DNA of 64,000 nt from Octopus bimaculoides (taxonomy: Eukaryota): NCBI RefSeq assembly GCF_001194135.2, contig NC_069003.1, positions 18,040,848 to 18,104,847 on the forward strand, read 5' to 3'. The translations under genes and the position numbers were made by a program. Positions 12,239 to 25,817 of this stretch are shown here, in pieces. The notes under the pieces are model-generated. The model was given only the letters and a program-made list of their open reading frames with translations, did no database searches and was not told where the DNA came from. Positions within the stretch are counted from its first letter, which is position 1. The number at the start of each line of letters is the position of its first letter.

Positions 12239-13292
12239 CTGTAAAAAGAAGGTAACATTAAAGAAAAAAACCTTGAAGAAGAAAGGAAAAAGGTCTAGGC
12301 ATGGCCATGTATTTAGGAAGTGCATTTCGTAACAAAGTGGTTCTGAGATTGATCCCACTGCATGGCACCTTCAATAAATGACTAGGCACAAAGTGTATGA
12401 TGCTCTTTTATTGCAATTTGGTTGATAGAAGCTATGGGGAAGGCTATTACACATGCATGTATAGTTTTGGAAAGGATATCAGTAATTAAACTAATAAACC
12501 AGTGCTTTTCAACAGAAATAGTCTGGTTTTTACACCAGGCCATATTACTGCACAGGTAAACATTCCTTTGCTCCTCTTAACAGGAATGTAGTAAACTAGT
12601 GGCTGGCTTCTTGAAAATCTGTAATTAACAACATTATTACTTTGTTAGTTTGTATATGGATTTCATCATTATATGTTCACTTTCCCAGGTGTGCATGGGT
12701 CAGATGGAATTTTTGTTGCAGCAGATTTTCTATGGCCGGATACCCTTCCTCACCTGTTTCCAAGCAAGATGACAATATTTTCCTGTAGCTGGACATGTTT
12801 TATAGAAGAATGGAAATGAATGATACCACTTGTATGTTGGAGACACTCATTTACAAGTATTATGTGATGTCAAGACAAGGGGACTAAAATGTCCACACAT
12901 GTATACATATTACATCTATAAGCTTCTTTCAGTTTGTCATCCAAATCCATGTACAAGGCTTTGGTTAGCTCAGGGCCAACATGCTGCATAGTGGGACTGA
13001 ACCCAAAATCATGTGACTGGGAAGCAAAGCCCTTAACCACAGAAGTATGTCAGAATAGAATAACAACAAATATTTTGAAAATTAGGGTAATTAAAAAATG
13101 CATGTAATGCACCACCCTCAGTGTCCATAGATAACAAAAAAATTCTACCGGCCACCTTGAAAAGCACTACTTTATGCCATAAAAAAGTAAAATCTAACCA
13201 TATAAACATTGATATCAACAAAAACCACAGAACCAATACCGCAAATGCAAAAAGGCAGTTAATTGAAGGGATACAAAAGGGATTGAACTTAC

Positions 13293-13460
13293 TTTTGTTT
13301 CATAGAACAGCTCGACTTCTTCACGGACCATCTGGATGTGGGACTCGTGTTCCTCACGCATCTCTCGCAGAGCATCTGCGAGCCTCTCTTCATAGGCTGG
13401 GGCGATACCACTGTCAACCTCCTCTGTGATGACCTGGCGTGATCGGCTCTCATTGAGCTC
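13293..13460 (-). CDS. Lam: Nuclear lamin, coding exon 4 (end of coil 1B, linker L12, coil 2)
   Basis: ctgtag|ELNESRSRQVITEEVDSGIAPAYEERLADALREMREEHESHIQMVREEVELFYETK|gtaagt, 168 nt. Confidence 0.95.
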
Positions 13461-13521
13461 CTACAGAAGGATATTCATGAATAGTGGTGAGGATGAGTGG
13501 GTGAGTGTGTGTGTGTGTGTG

Positions 13522-13584
<63 letters not shown>

Positions 13585-14732
13585 ATACAGAGAGAGAGAT
13601 TAATATAGTAGTTTGATACAAAATGAGAGGGACAGAATGGAGATGAGAGAAATAGGTCAAAGAGGGAGAGTGGAGGTGGAGAGAGGAACAGATGAGTGTA
13701 GAAATAGGGTGAAACAGAGAAGGGAGATGAACTGAGTTATAACTGAGGTGCATGTCATTTTTCCACAATAAAGAGTCACAACCGTTTCAAGATAAACCCG
13801 CTTAGAGAGACAACACACACTGGATGCCTCATCCCTCATTTACTGCTACTGCCCTTGCTAACTTCTGGTCATAGGCAGTCAGGTAGAACCTAATTTTTCT
13901 CATACAAGTAACAGAAACAGAACCAACCATGAAGCAATCCAGTAGCTACCTCTAAGTTTATCAAAAATAAACTGGGATCATTATGCAAAATGTATTCTGC
14001 TCCTAGTCATTCAATTTGTTAGAAATAGCAGTCAGATCCCTACAGACGTTTACAGTGGACATTGTACATTGAGATATACAGAGTAGCCAGGGTTGGGACA
14101 CCCAAGATTTTACATAATACAATGGTGTCATGCACACATGACTGCAATTATCTTTTATCTTTTCCTTGTTTCAATCATTAGACAGTGGCCTTGCTAGCGG
14201 ACACGCTTGAAGGGTTTAGTTGAATGAATTGACCTCAGTACTTTCCTACAGCTGGATGCCCTTCCTAATGCCAACCACTTTACAGAGTGTACTGGGTGCT
14301 GTTCATGTGGCACCAGCACCTATGAGCCTGCAAAATTAGGGATGCTCAGCTGGAAAGGGTTGCAAGGGATGAGTCTGTATACAAGGGCAACCACGCTTTT
14401 ACCAGCGTGGAAAGCGGACATTAAACGACGATGACATATATATAATAATAATAACAAATGCGAAATCCTGCCTGTCCGGGACCCCTGTATCTCAGTCTAC
14501 ATTCGCTAACTTTTTGGAATCAGGATGAACCTGGAATTGAAAATCTGTCCATTTGGTTCTTGAACATCCAGTATCGGGATTCAATTTAAAAACATTTAGG
14601 TTGCTATTTCTTACAGGTAAAGCTTGGCTGATTCACACCATCTTGGTTGGCATTTGTCAGATGATGTCAGAGATCAAGGACATTCACTTTATTAATTTTA
14701 TGTTGAGATAACAAATTTGGGACAAACTGGCT

Positions 14733-14930
14733 AACAGTTGGAATTCAAATTGGGACTGGAACAATAGAATGATTGCATTACAGAACTAATTCTTATCTGT
14801 TCTTAACCTCTGATCAAACACCACAAGGGCATATAGTCATGCTATTTCGCTCCCTTTAGTTTTGGGTTACAGGCGCAATTAGCCCTCCACAGGAGCAAGC
14901 TTAAAAGTCTGCAGAGTGCGGGTTTTAAGC
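14733..14930. repeat. Unclassified dispersed repeat, second copy at 29507-29706
   Basis: Both sites share AACAGTTGGAATTCAA...TTGCATTACAGAA.TAATTC...TTAACCTCTGATCAAACACCAC.AGGGCATAT...ATAGTCATGCTATTT.GCTCCCTTTA.TTTTGGG...AGCTTAAAAGTC...AGAGTGCGG. Confidence 0.75.
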
Positions 14931-14954
14931 TAGTATATAATATACATACACACA

Positions 14955-15125
14955 GGCGTAGGAGTGGCTGTGTGGTAAGTAGCTTGCTTACCAACCACAT
15001 GGTCCCGGGTTCAGTCCCACTGCGTGGCATCTTGGGCAAATGTCTTCTACTATAGCCTCGGGCCGACCAAAGCCTTGTGAGTGGATTTGGTAGACGGAAA
15101 CTGAAAGAAGCCCGTCGTATGTATG

Positions 15126-15156
<31 letters not shown>

Positions 15157-15370
15157 ATGTGTTTGTGTCTGTCCCCCCCAACATCGCTTGACAACCGATG
15201 CTGGTGTGTTTATATGCCCGTAACTTAGCGGTTCGGCAATAGAGACCGATAGAATAAGTACTAGGCTTCTAAAAGAATAAGTCCTGGGGTCGATTTGCTC
15301 GACTAAAGGTGGTGCTCCAGCATGGCCACAGTCAAAAGACTGAAACAAGTAAAAAGAATAAAAAAAAGAA
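14955..15370 (+). mobile_element. Full-length OR-type (CORE-like) tRNA-derived SINE
   Basis: Pol III A box (TGGCTGTGTGG), B box (GGTTCAGTCCC), CORE-like CTTGGGCAAATGTCTT, internal (TA)n(TG)n, and 3' tail GGTGCTCCAGCATGGCC...GAAACAAGTAAAAAGAATAAAA. CpGs are retained, so it is a young copy. Confidence 0.85.
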
Positions 15371-15470
15371 ACACAAACATATATAGTAAAACTAAAAAGG
15401 AAAATGCACTGGAACATAAATAGTACATTTCCCTTGTACTTTTACTATAATTCACTATGTGGTGTCCTCA

Positions 15471-15523
<53 letters not shown>

Positions 15524-16042
15524 CACACGCACATACATACATAATTGCATATAACACTTCCTAAATCAAGGGCGACAGCAACCATTTCATTTTAAAGGCA
15601 ATAAAAAAGCAATTCCCATCAGCTTGTTGATCTAGAAAAAAATTTGTAGATGAGGAAACAAAATGTTTGTTTTGGTAGCTAAATAGTCAAAACTAACAAG
15701 AGAGAGAAAGAAACAAACAGATACACACACACACACACACACAGAGTAGACCTAACATGCCACCTAATTTCACACCAGCACCTATAAAATCTCTTATATG
15801 ACTTGCCTGAGGTTAAATATTACCACCACCATCATCATTTGGCTTGTTTTTATATGCTCAGTCAAAATTCTATAAACCATCTTAGAAATAATGGAGTTAC
15901 AATAAAAGAGAAAGAACATATTTTTCCATCCATTTATTGGCTCAGATCTGCATTTTATCTACATCAAAAAGATATTTCTTGAAGATAAGCCAGGAGCAAT
16001 CTCGTGTGAGTTAGAACGCTGATATAGTCATACAATATTTAA

Positions 16043-16238
16043 CCCTTTGTTACCATATTTCTATTGAAATACACTGCTTTTGTTTCATTTAATTTTGAAA
16101 TTAATGAAGAATTTAATAAAATAACTCATTATTATTAATCATGAAATTTAGATGGAAGGTTTTACTTCAGGCCACTTTAAAATAAAAGTTTGTATCATAG
16201 AACCACGGGTAGTCTCAGTTGGGTTGAGTATAAAAGAG
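16043..16238. mobile_element. piggyBac-like MITE (family B)
   Basis: TTAA-CCCTTTGTTACCA start. Related ends occur at 31094-31239, about 22300 and about 33590. Confidence 0.55.
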
Positions 16239-17974
16239 ATAAACACAGTAGCTGTACTTCAAATCATACCCTACCAACTTGGGAAAGATCAACAAATTGA
16301 AGTAGTCTTGTATATTTCCCAAAAGGGGTGATCATGGTTGAAATCCTTTTGATCACAAATCTGTTCAATAGTTTGACCTAGGGACTAGACAACATTATAA
16401 AAGTAGAAACAAGTTTCCAGCCATTGATTGTTAACTTAGCAGTCATCCCTAATGACCATGCCCTGTATATGACAACTGGGTGTTGGAAGTGTAAATAGAG
16501 GGAAGACCACTCGCAAGCAAGATAGAAAACTAGTCAAACCTGCCTCTCCAGAGGTGACCTACTTTACAAATACAGAGACACAAGGTGCTTATATGTATGC
16601 ATGTTATCTGTGCATAGCACATCTGCATGCTCATGTAAAGAATACAGTGTATATGCATACGCACACAAACCACACTGGTGTGCACACAGAAACCATACCC
16701 ATATGTATAGGGTGTCCATACACATAGTATGCAGGAGTACATACCGTGTCAACACATTCACACAAAATACTGTATGTCTTCAACAAAACACACACCTCAA
16801 CACCAAGAGGACTGGGTACACATGAATATAATTGTGGTTGTACATAACATTTGGTTAGTCATATAAATGACAATGGAAGCAACAGCAACCATAGTTGTAA
16901 AATATTACTAGTGACAGTCACTGTGTTACTAGTAATAATAATATAAAGTGTTGGCCAAAAGTAGCAGCAGCAAGTAAATACCGAAGGCAGACATGCTTAA
17001 ATCTAAATGTTTGTCATTAGTGTTAGAGATGTGGCAAAAATGTGATAAAAGCAGCAACTATATTGGACATTTTGTAGCAGTGCAGTGTGAACTTAAATGA
17101 AGTTATTGGTCTTATATTCAATGTTTCAAGGGAGACCATGTAAATTTCAACCTGCTAGAAACAGCAACCAAATGTTCCACAAATCACTGCTTGTATTTAA
17201 AAAGAAAGGAGACATTAGATAATGAAGGCCTAGACCAGCTATGGGTAAACTGTGACCCATGAGACTTTCTGAATGGCATGCCTATTGAAAATTAACTTTT
17301 TTTAGTAGTGTGACCTGTCTGATGAGACATGGCTCATCCGGATTACTTCATGAAGAAGGTTGCCCATGCCTTGTCCAGACAGAGTGTATCTGAATAAAAG
17401 ATGGAATGGTCACAGCTGCAGTATCTGATCATAGGTCCACAAAAACTGATCTGGGCTCAACACTGTAAACACTGATGTTTTAAAATCTTCTATTTATTTT
17501 GCAATATTGGCATGCATTTGAAATGGATGAATGCCCAAAACTACATATTATTGTAATCTAATAGCCAATATTAGAGCTGCCATGTGGTTGCCCTAATCTG
17601 CTAGAAACAGCAGTTAATTCTACCAAATCACAACTATTTGGAAGAATGACATGCTGCATAATTATAAATAATGTAAAAAAAATTGATGGCATCTGGATGG
17701 TTCACCATCTTGGAATAGTGGATCATCAGCCCTCCTTGATCATGGCCAACCTGAAACTAAACAACACTCTTCCATGAAGGAGTTACTTTCAAGTTTGCTT
17801 TTTGAGGAAAATTCCTTAAGATATCTTCACCGAAGGATTAGGGAGCTATGTGCATTTGGATTTGATCCACTGACCATCAAGCCCATAGTGTCACACACTT
17901 TAGATATTCTATGAAGCCTTCATCTAAGCCAGCATAGCAATGCAAGAGAAAATGGAGCGAAAGAAATTGCTTAC

Positions 17975-18124
17975 CTGCTCAAAAACTTGAGACTTGAAGG
18001 CCATATCTTCTCTCAGACTTTGCAGGCGATTCTCAAGGTCCACTCTCATCAATGTCTCCTCTTCCAGCTGTTTGCGGGCTGTTGCCAATTGAACTTCCAG
18101 GGCATTGAGGTCAGATCGGAGAGA
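17975..18124 (-). CDS. Lam: Nuclear lamin, coding exon 3
   Basis: atttcag|SLRSDLNALEVQLATARKQLEEETLMRVDLENRLQSLREDMAFKSQVFEQ|gtaagc, 150 nt. Matches the lamin motif KQL..E.L.RVD.ENRLQ. Confidence 0.95.
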
Positions 18125-20025
18125 CTGAAATTATAAATACAAAATAATAGTCTGCAGAGTCTCAATAAAAGGGAACATGGGGCAAAAAATACATTTAACA
18201 CACACAAGGGGTTGAATGATGTTGAAATTGACTACCCTGCTTTCATTTGTGTATTATTTCTTCTTCCCACTGTCCCCACTTCTTAGTTACCATCTCATTA
18301 ACAGCAGATCCATGGTTCAATTCTCATGAGCATTCTTAGATACATCTTTTTTTGCCTCTTTTTAAGTTCATCTTTGTAAAGTGACTAAATTTAATTTTCA
18401 TTTATAATTAAAATATTCTATCATTTATTAATAGTCATCTATTGCAAATGGTCTGGTCATTAACTAAACTTATAACTTACATTAAAATTACAATAGGGTT
18501 TAAGTTTAAACATGAACATATTTTAAATGAAGCTTTATACCAAGTGGGTTGGTATCAAAGAAGTTAAAAAACAGAAATGACATTAACAATTGCCTCAACA
18601 ATGACTCCAGAATCTTGATATCCCAAGATCAAACTGATCAAAATATGTCTATCCATGAATTCCTTCAGTAATGACCTATCATGGGTTTCTACACCTAGAA
18701 AGTCATTTCTCAAAGGCACAGAGCTGGTCAATGTTTATTTATGGAAGACAAACAGTTGCCTCTACAAGCATGTCTCCTCTCTCTAGACTGCTGACACGGT
18801 CAAGAGACAGAGGAAGACCATTACACTTCGGCACAATATCACAGGAAGGTATCTAATCCAATGCTCAAACAATTCTGCTAATCTGGATTGGTACTGCTTC
18901 TCTTTTTTTTTTTAAAACCAATTTTCAAAGAATGAAAGGCAAAATCGACGTTGGCAAGAGTGCAAAGAGAAAGAACAAATATTGCAAGGTATTCTAATTA
19001 CCAGCAATTCACCATAATATTGTATAGCATATACAAATAAATGAAAGATAAAAGTTAACAGACCCTAAAATTTCAAGTTTTATGTTGTCATTCTTTATAT
19101 TTAACTAAATTAAAGAGTGGAGGAAACCACAATTTTTTTCTTTCCTTTAAACTGATGCCTGTAACAATGTATATCAAAAGGAACAGAGGTGGGGGCAATT
19201 CTGAAATTCTCTATTTTCTTAAACAGTACTGTATGGCCTATTCTTCTGAGTACTGCTTACAGGATGAAGTGCCCCACCAAGAACAGGAGAAACTGGTAAA
19301 TCTTATGAATCTGTGCTGTGGTTGTAAGATTTGCTGTTAACCACAAACCATCCAGTTGTCATCATCATCAAACATCCATGTTCAATGAGGTGGATGGTTT
19401 GACAGCCTGAGTACTGTATCCTGCTCCAAGGTCTGCTTTGGCTCTTCCAAATGCCAACCACTTTACATCATGTACAGGGTGGTTGGTTTGCAGCACCAGT
19501 GCTAGAGAGCATGTCATGTAGTTTGGAAGATTAAGATCCCTTTAGATGGAGAGGAAAGTGGCTTTATGCATCAGAGAAAGGGCTAGAACAGAACAGATTT
19601 CTTGCTATTCAGGAGCTACTCATCTTATAGGAGAGAGGGTGGAGATGGAAGAAACTAAAAATAGTTGTAGAATCTGAAAACAAACAAAGCCACTCTCCAG
19701 AAAAATAATCCCATGGCTGCTTCAACCATCAGAGAAATATCTATGGACAATGAATACTAGAAATTCAAAAATTTGGTCACTAATTCAAAACACCACAGTA
19801 CTAGACATGTTGGTATTTATTAGAAATGGTAGACTAGTAGAACATCGGTTAAAATACTTTTAGTATTCAGCTACAATCCTTTGCCTTCTGAGTTCAAATC
19901 TTACTTAGTTAATATAATCTTTCCTCCATAAAATAAGTATCAATACCATAGTTAATCCACCTGTGAAGATAATGTTCCCACATGATCACAATTTAATGTC
20001 AAAAAACAAAGAATATAATACTCAC

Positions 20026-20158
20026 AATATTCTGTGATTCCAGCTTCTTCTTCTGAGATTCCATGTCAGTAAGTTTTACTTGCAAATCACTAACCATTGC
20101 CTCAAGATCAAGCAATTTCTTCTGGGCAGCGGCAAGTTCTCTCTCCTTGCGATTGTAC
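20026..20158 (-). CDS. Lam: Nuclear lamin, coding exon 2 (coil 1B)
   Basis: tttag|G TAC AAT... gives (K)YNRKERELAAAQKKLLDLEAMVSDLQVKLTDMESQKKKLESQNI. Donor ATT|GTGAGT, 133 nt, phase-compatible with exon 1. Confidence 0.95.
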
Positions 20159-23124
20159 CTAAACACAAAAAACAAGAAATTATTACCCAACCAGCCACAA
20201 AAGGACAGAAATAGCCACATCTGCTGCAAATCACACTGCCATCTTCATCTTCAGTTTTTTACAACCTCCACACCCATGATAGCATGGACTATAGGAGACT
20301 ATGGTTGGTTTTTCCCTTCTTGTCATCACAACCCTTGCCTACTTTACAAGTGCTGAGCTATCAAACACACTGTTGACAAGAGATGTGAACATACACAGAC
20401 AATGGGCTTCTGTAGATCTCATCTCTCAAATTTTGCTCGCAGGATATTGGTCAACTTGAGGGTATAGTAGCAAACACTCACCCAAGGTTCCTCACAGTAG
20501 AATGGAACACAAAACCACATCTCAATCATGGGCAACAACTCCAGATACATTTTGATTTTATTCTAACCTCCTCACTAAATACCTTGCCAATGTAATTATG
20601 ACTGAATTACAGTTAATGCATAATAATCGTACATTATTTGTTGGTTATAAGAGGAACAACTCTGATATAAGCATGGAAGAATAAGTTATTTATTACTTCA
20701 TGCATTTAAAAATATTGTATTTACTACAATTATTATATTGTATAAGAATAAATTTGTTGGGTAATGTTTGTTTGACTATGGCTCAACAACAATTAATATA
20801 GTTGGTAATTTGGTGATAGGGGGAGGTGGAATGCAGGAAGGATTGATAGCATAATTAATTTTAACATAAAATTGCAGCTATGACATAAAAAAAAAGAGTG
20901 CTAACATGCCTATCCTCTCACTACTTTTATGTATTTAAGTAGTTAAGTCACCTTCCACTAAAGTTTTGTGTTTTTAAATATCTCTTGCTCATCACTGTTC
21001 ATTTGCTATACAGGTCAGTGTCCCAATCAGTAGGAATAAATATGCATATAATGTCATATTGGTAATCTAATAAACCATGTGTGTGTAATCATTGTTTTAA
21101 TGTCTACTTTCCATGTTCACTTGGGTCAAGCAGCATTTGTTCAGGCAGATTTTCAATAGCCAGATGCCCCTTCCTGTCTCCAAATAAACTAATACATCCC
21201 TCTGACTAGACATGTTTTCAAGGAAGATTGGAAAATGAAGGACATCACTTGCATGATGGTAACACAAACGTACATATGACAGGCTTCTTTCAGCCTTATG
21301 AATGAATTAACTAAATGGAAACTGAAAGAAGCTACACATATGCACACACATCGCAAAAGGCTTTTGATACCCAATTTTCACTACAATCCAATATACTACA
21401 CATTGTACAAAGCCTCCATGTCCAATAACTGACATATCATCACCACTGTTTCACTGTCCACTTTTCCATGCTTGCATGGGTTAGAGTTGGTTGAAGCAGA
21501 ATTTCTACAACCAGTTGTCCTTCTTGTCGTCAACCCTCACCTGTTAGCCAAATATGTCAACCCCTTGCAATTCTATAACTACCCAAGTCCACTTATTGAG
21601 GCTCTAACTCAACTCCAGTAGTGTTTGAGGGAAGGTAAGTCAAGAGCATGTCTCTTTCCTCCTCATTAAGAAAGAGAGAGAGAGAGAAATATCCAAAACA
21701 ATGTCTAATACAGTGGCTGCCAACCATTTTCACTGCCAAGGACCTCCTTTCCTCCTAGAGACCACTGGAGTTTAAGAAATGAATTTTGAACTTAGCTCGT
21801 GGATATCACAGAACTACCATTGTGCACTCCCAGACTGCATATCTAAATGGTTGCTCAATTTATAAGAAATAATAGCCAAATCTTCCTTAACTTTTTAGCA
21901 TCCAAATTACTGTCAAATTCACATTGTTTTGAATTAACTGTCTCATAGATTTGAGATTTCAATGATGTGATTACTTTTAAAAGGGCACTGCAGGGCAGGT
22001 GCAAGAGGTCAGATCTGGCCATTATGGTAAATTTAAAGGCTTGTCTCTACTGAACTACACTGCCTTTAATGATGAATTTATTAAAATGACTCATTATTCA
22101 GTTGGTGCTTATTCCGATGAGGTCAATATTGCCATTTATGCTTTTGGGGTCATTGAAATTTGTATCAATTGAGCACTGGAGTCAATGTAACTGACTATCC
22201 TCAACCAAATTTCAGACCTTGTGTCTATAGAAAGGAATTATTAAGCTTGGAATAACTTTAAAACAGAATTTTTATCATAGAACTAGGGGTGATCTCAGGT
22301 TGGTGATATTAAAAGGGTTAAATCATACTTTTCCATCTTTTAAAAAAGATAAACTGAAGATAAATCCAAAGTACACATTACTGAAAATGGCACACACAGT
22401 TTCTATCAAAAGGCTTACTAGGTCAGCACAGACTTGCAGCTAAACAACAATTAAAATAATGCTTTGAACAAACACATGAAGACTGTGCTGGTACGTGAAT
22501 GTATACAAATACATATATATATAAATGTGTTAGTATAGACACAGATGGTTGCACACAAAAAATGCTCTTGAATTTATAATACACACTCCATGGGAAAGAC
22601 AGCAAAATGGAGGCACATCTGTGAGCAGTGTGCATGATTTTTAAAAACTGTCCATGCAGTTAGTAAATGTGGTGAAATGACTCAGGTGGGAATCAATCTG
22701 CAGTGTGGGCGTAGATGGTGTTACCATTGTAGTACTCTCACACAAAGGCTGGAGTACATGTATTCAATGCCTGGATACAAAATGATTATAGTTACAGCTA
22801 TACCGCAAAAAGGTTGGTGAATATATTCAATTGTGAAAGGTATGAATGTTCACACATTCGCACACCCACACAAACACTGACACACATAATCATAGATACA
22901 TGTCTTTTTTTTTTTTAATCTTTTACTTGTTTCAGCCATTTGACTGTGGCCATGATGAGGCACCAAATTTTGTATATATGATTTTTTTATCAAATATATA
23001 CATCAAAAGGTTTATGCTTGTGTATATTTTAAATGTTTTTATATAAACACAAATATATGACCAAAGCCTTGTGAGAGGATTTGGTAGATAGACATAGAAA
23101 AAAAAAAAAACACCCTTCTCTCTC

Positions 23125-23395
23125 TAGCTGTGGCCATGTGGTAAGAAGTTTGCTTCCCAGCCATATGGTTCCAGGTTCAGTCTCTGCTTGGCACCTTGAG
23201 CAAGTGTCTTCTACTATAGCCTCAGTCTGACCAAAGCCTTGTGAGTGCATTTAGCAGATGGAAATTGAAAGAAGCCCATCATGTATGTGGCTTTGTGTTT
23301 GTCACCCAACACCACTCAACATTTGGTGTTGGTGTGTTTACATCTCTGTAACTTAGTGGTTTGGCAAAAGAAACCAATAAAGTACCAGTCTTTAC
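23125..23395 (+). mobile_element. OR-type SINE copy (a further partial copy lies at about 23560-23720)
   Basis: Same head, CORE-like and body sequence as 14955-15370. Confidence 0.75.
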
Positions 23396-24555
23396 ATTAA
23401 AACGATTACACACACACAGAGTAATCCTTAATTTTCAAGTAACATTGATGTGACTTGAAAAGTAAGGATTAATGACAGAAAGGCCATTCAGCTGTAATGA
23501 AAAATAAAAATGCCTCAATAATATACTCATCTAACCCATGATAACATAGAAAAGAAAAAATATGTGTGGCTGTGTGGTAAGAAGCTTGCTTCTCAACCAC
23601 GTTGTTCCAAATTCAGTCTCACTACAAGGCACTTTAGGCATGTGTCTTCTACCATGGCCTCGGGCCAACCAAAGCCTTGTGAGTGGATTTGGTAGATGGA
23701 AATTGAAAGCCTTTCATGTGTAGTGTGTGTATCACTGTTCTCATTCCTAAGATATGCTGCTGATGTTACTTCTGAATACTGTCCGGATGTCATATGGACC
23801 ATATATATTTTGTATTTTTTCCAAGATACAACTTTACAACATGGGTTGGGCACATTCTATATTGTACATTGCCTGATTAACATTATATATTTTTCTTTTG
23901 TTCTTTCAACTTGTTTCTGTCATTGGACTGCAGCCATGCTGGAGCACCACACAGGAGGGTTTTATTCGAACAAATCAACTTCAGTTCCAGATGCCAAGAA
24001 TTTCTGCATAGCAAGTGCATTTCACAAGGCATTGACTGGTCTGTCACTACAACAGAAAAAACTTAAGTATGCTGACCTGTACTGAGACTGAACAAGAAAT
24101 CATGTGCAAACTTAACCACACCTACACACATTTCATGCATAATTAATATACTACTTCAGAGTATGTACTGATTTAGCAAGTGATATGATTTGAGGCCATG
24201 TATAGAAACTGAAACAATAACATGAAGGAAGAACCATTCCAACCATTTAAGAACAAACGAACACAAACTGTTGTATTCAGTTTTTGTTTAATTCTTAATA
24301 AGCCTGTCTATTACAAAGTATCAATATACTTTACTTTCACAGTGATGTACCTGAGCCACTGACACAAATTCCACATGCACACACTTGCGTAAATAATTCA
24401 TGATTTCAGTTATTGGACTATGACCATGCTGGAGCATGGTGTTAAAAAATTTATAGTTAATAACATCAATCTGAGTTTTCAGTTTGGTGCTAATCTAGCC
24501 CATCTATTAAATGGGCTAGGATACTTTTTCTACATTAAAGGATGTCACTTACTCT

Positions 24556-25492
24556 CCTACATACCTACGTGCAATGACATTCTCAGGCAGAATCTGGGCA
24601 TCGACGAGGAACACCTGACTCGCCTGTTCAGGACAACTTTCGGGCTGGGACCTATGGACAGTCACCAAAAATCCCTGGCCTGGCAGTGCTATCGAGAAGT
24701 ATTACCAGTTTGGGATAAGCTCTACAGGCATGGTTTGAGACACACTGGACCGACTTGCCCAAGAGGCGGTCAGAGTAACAAAACCGTTCTGCATGCACTC
24801 GTGCAGTGTCCAACTATTTTGGACCTGTGGGCTTATGCCGAATGGCTGCTGTCACGTGTGGACGATTCCACTTGTTGGCCAAGTTTATTGTGACAATTGC
24901 TCCGCCACCTTCCCTTAACCGGGAAGACAAGGCAGTCTTCATTGTACTGGTGGCCATGATGAAAGAATGTGTATGGTGGACTTGAGCGAAAGGATTAGAG
25001 ACAAACACCTACCTCTCTGGCCAATCGCTCATCAACTTTTTCAAGTACCACTTGAAAAGGAAAGTGAGAATGGAGAGGCAGGTTTTGTCTCGTGAAAGTT
25101 TCAAAAAATGGTGGGCGAATGTCGCAAAGATGGTGCATGGGAGTGAAGAAACCACTTTGAACATGATCCTGTAAATCGAATAAAGAGAGAGAGAAAGAGC
25201 ACTTTGCTCTCGTGTTTATTCCCTCCCTGCCTGAAGTTACCGTGGTCTTTTCCGTAGGCATTTCTTTCCACAGATAAACCTAATCTTGCTTCTTACATTT
25301 AAAAAATTTCTTCTGTGATAAACAATCCCTTTTGATCGCCCCTCCCCCCACTGACTCCTTTTGATCGGAATTTTACTTTTTTTTTCCCCTTTTTCATTTT
25401 CGAAAAGAAAAGCTCTACATTTGTATTTGTCCCCTCTGTGTTCAGCCCTGTGTGGCCAATAAAGAAAGCTATCTATCTGTCTGTCTGTCTGT
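24556..25492 (+). mobile_element. 5'-truncated L1/Tx1-clade LINE (zf-RVT C-terminus, 3' UTR, tail)
   Basis: QKSLAWQCYREVLPVWDKLYRHG...TCPRGGQSNKTVLHALVQCP..LDLW is a degenerate C-terminal zinc-knuckle of L1/Tx1 ORF2. A frameshifted continuation FFKYHLKRKVRMER ends at TAA 25172-25174, followed by AATAAA 25458 and a (TATC/TGTC)n tail. Confidence 0.85.
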
Positions 25493-25600
25493 ATGCACTT
25501 CTCTCTCTCATATATCTGTATGTTTATCTTTCTAGCATATTAGCCAACCTGCCCAGCCATCTGGGTGAAATCATTCGAAAACTAAAAACAATTAAGTGCA

Positions 25601-25817
25601 TTCTTTTCTACTCTAGGCACAAGGCCTGAAATTTTGGGGGAGGGGAGGGGGGAGTTGATTAGATTGACCCAGTATGCAACTGGTACTTAATTTATCAACT
25701 CTGAAAGGACGAAAGGCAAAGTTGACCTTAGTGGAATTTGAACTCAGAACATAAAGATAGATGAAATACCGCTAAGCATTTTGCCTGGCGCACTAACGAT
25801 TCTGCCAGCTCACCACC
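25601..25817 (-). mobile_element. Meta/MESC-like SINE, single copy
   Basis: Same unit as the 11.3-12.1 kb array, with well-preserved GAAAGGACGAAAGGCAAAGTTGACCT...GGAATTTGAACTCAGAAC. Confidence 0.75.

Noticed and set aside
18690-18890. Possible old RTE-like ORF end (SRLLTRSRDRGRP)
   Set aside because: Only one short motif supports it, which is too weak to call.
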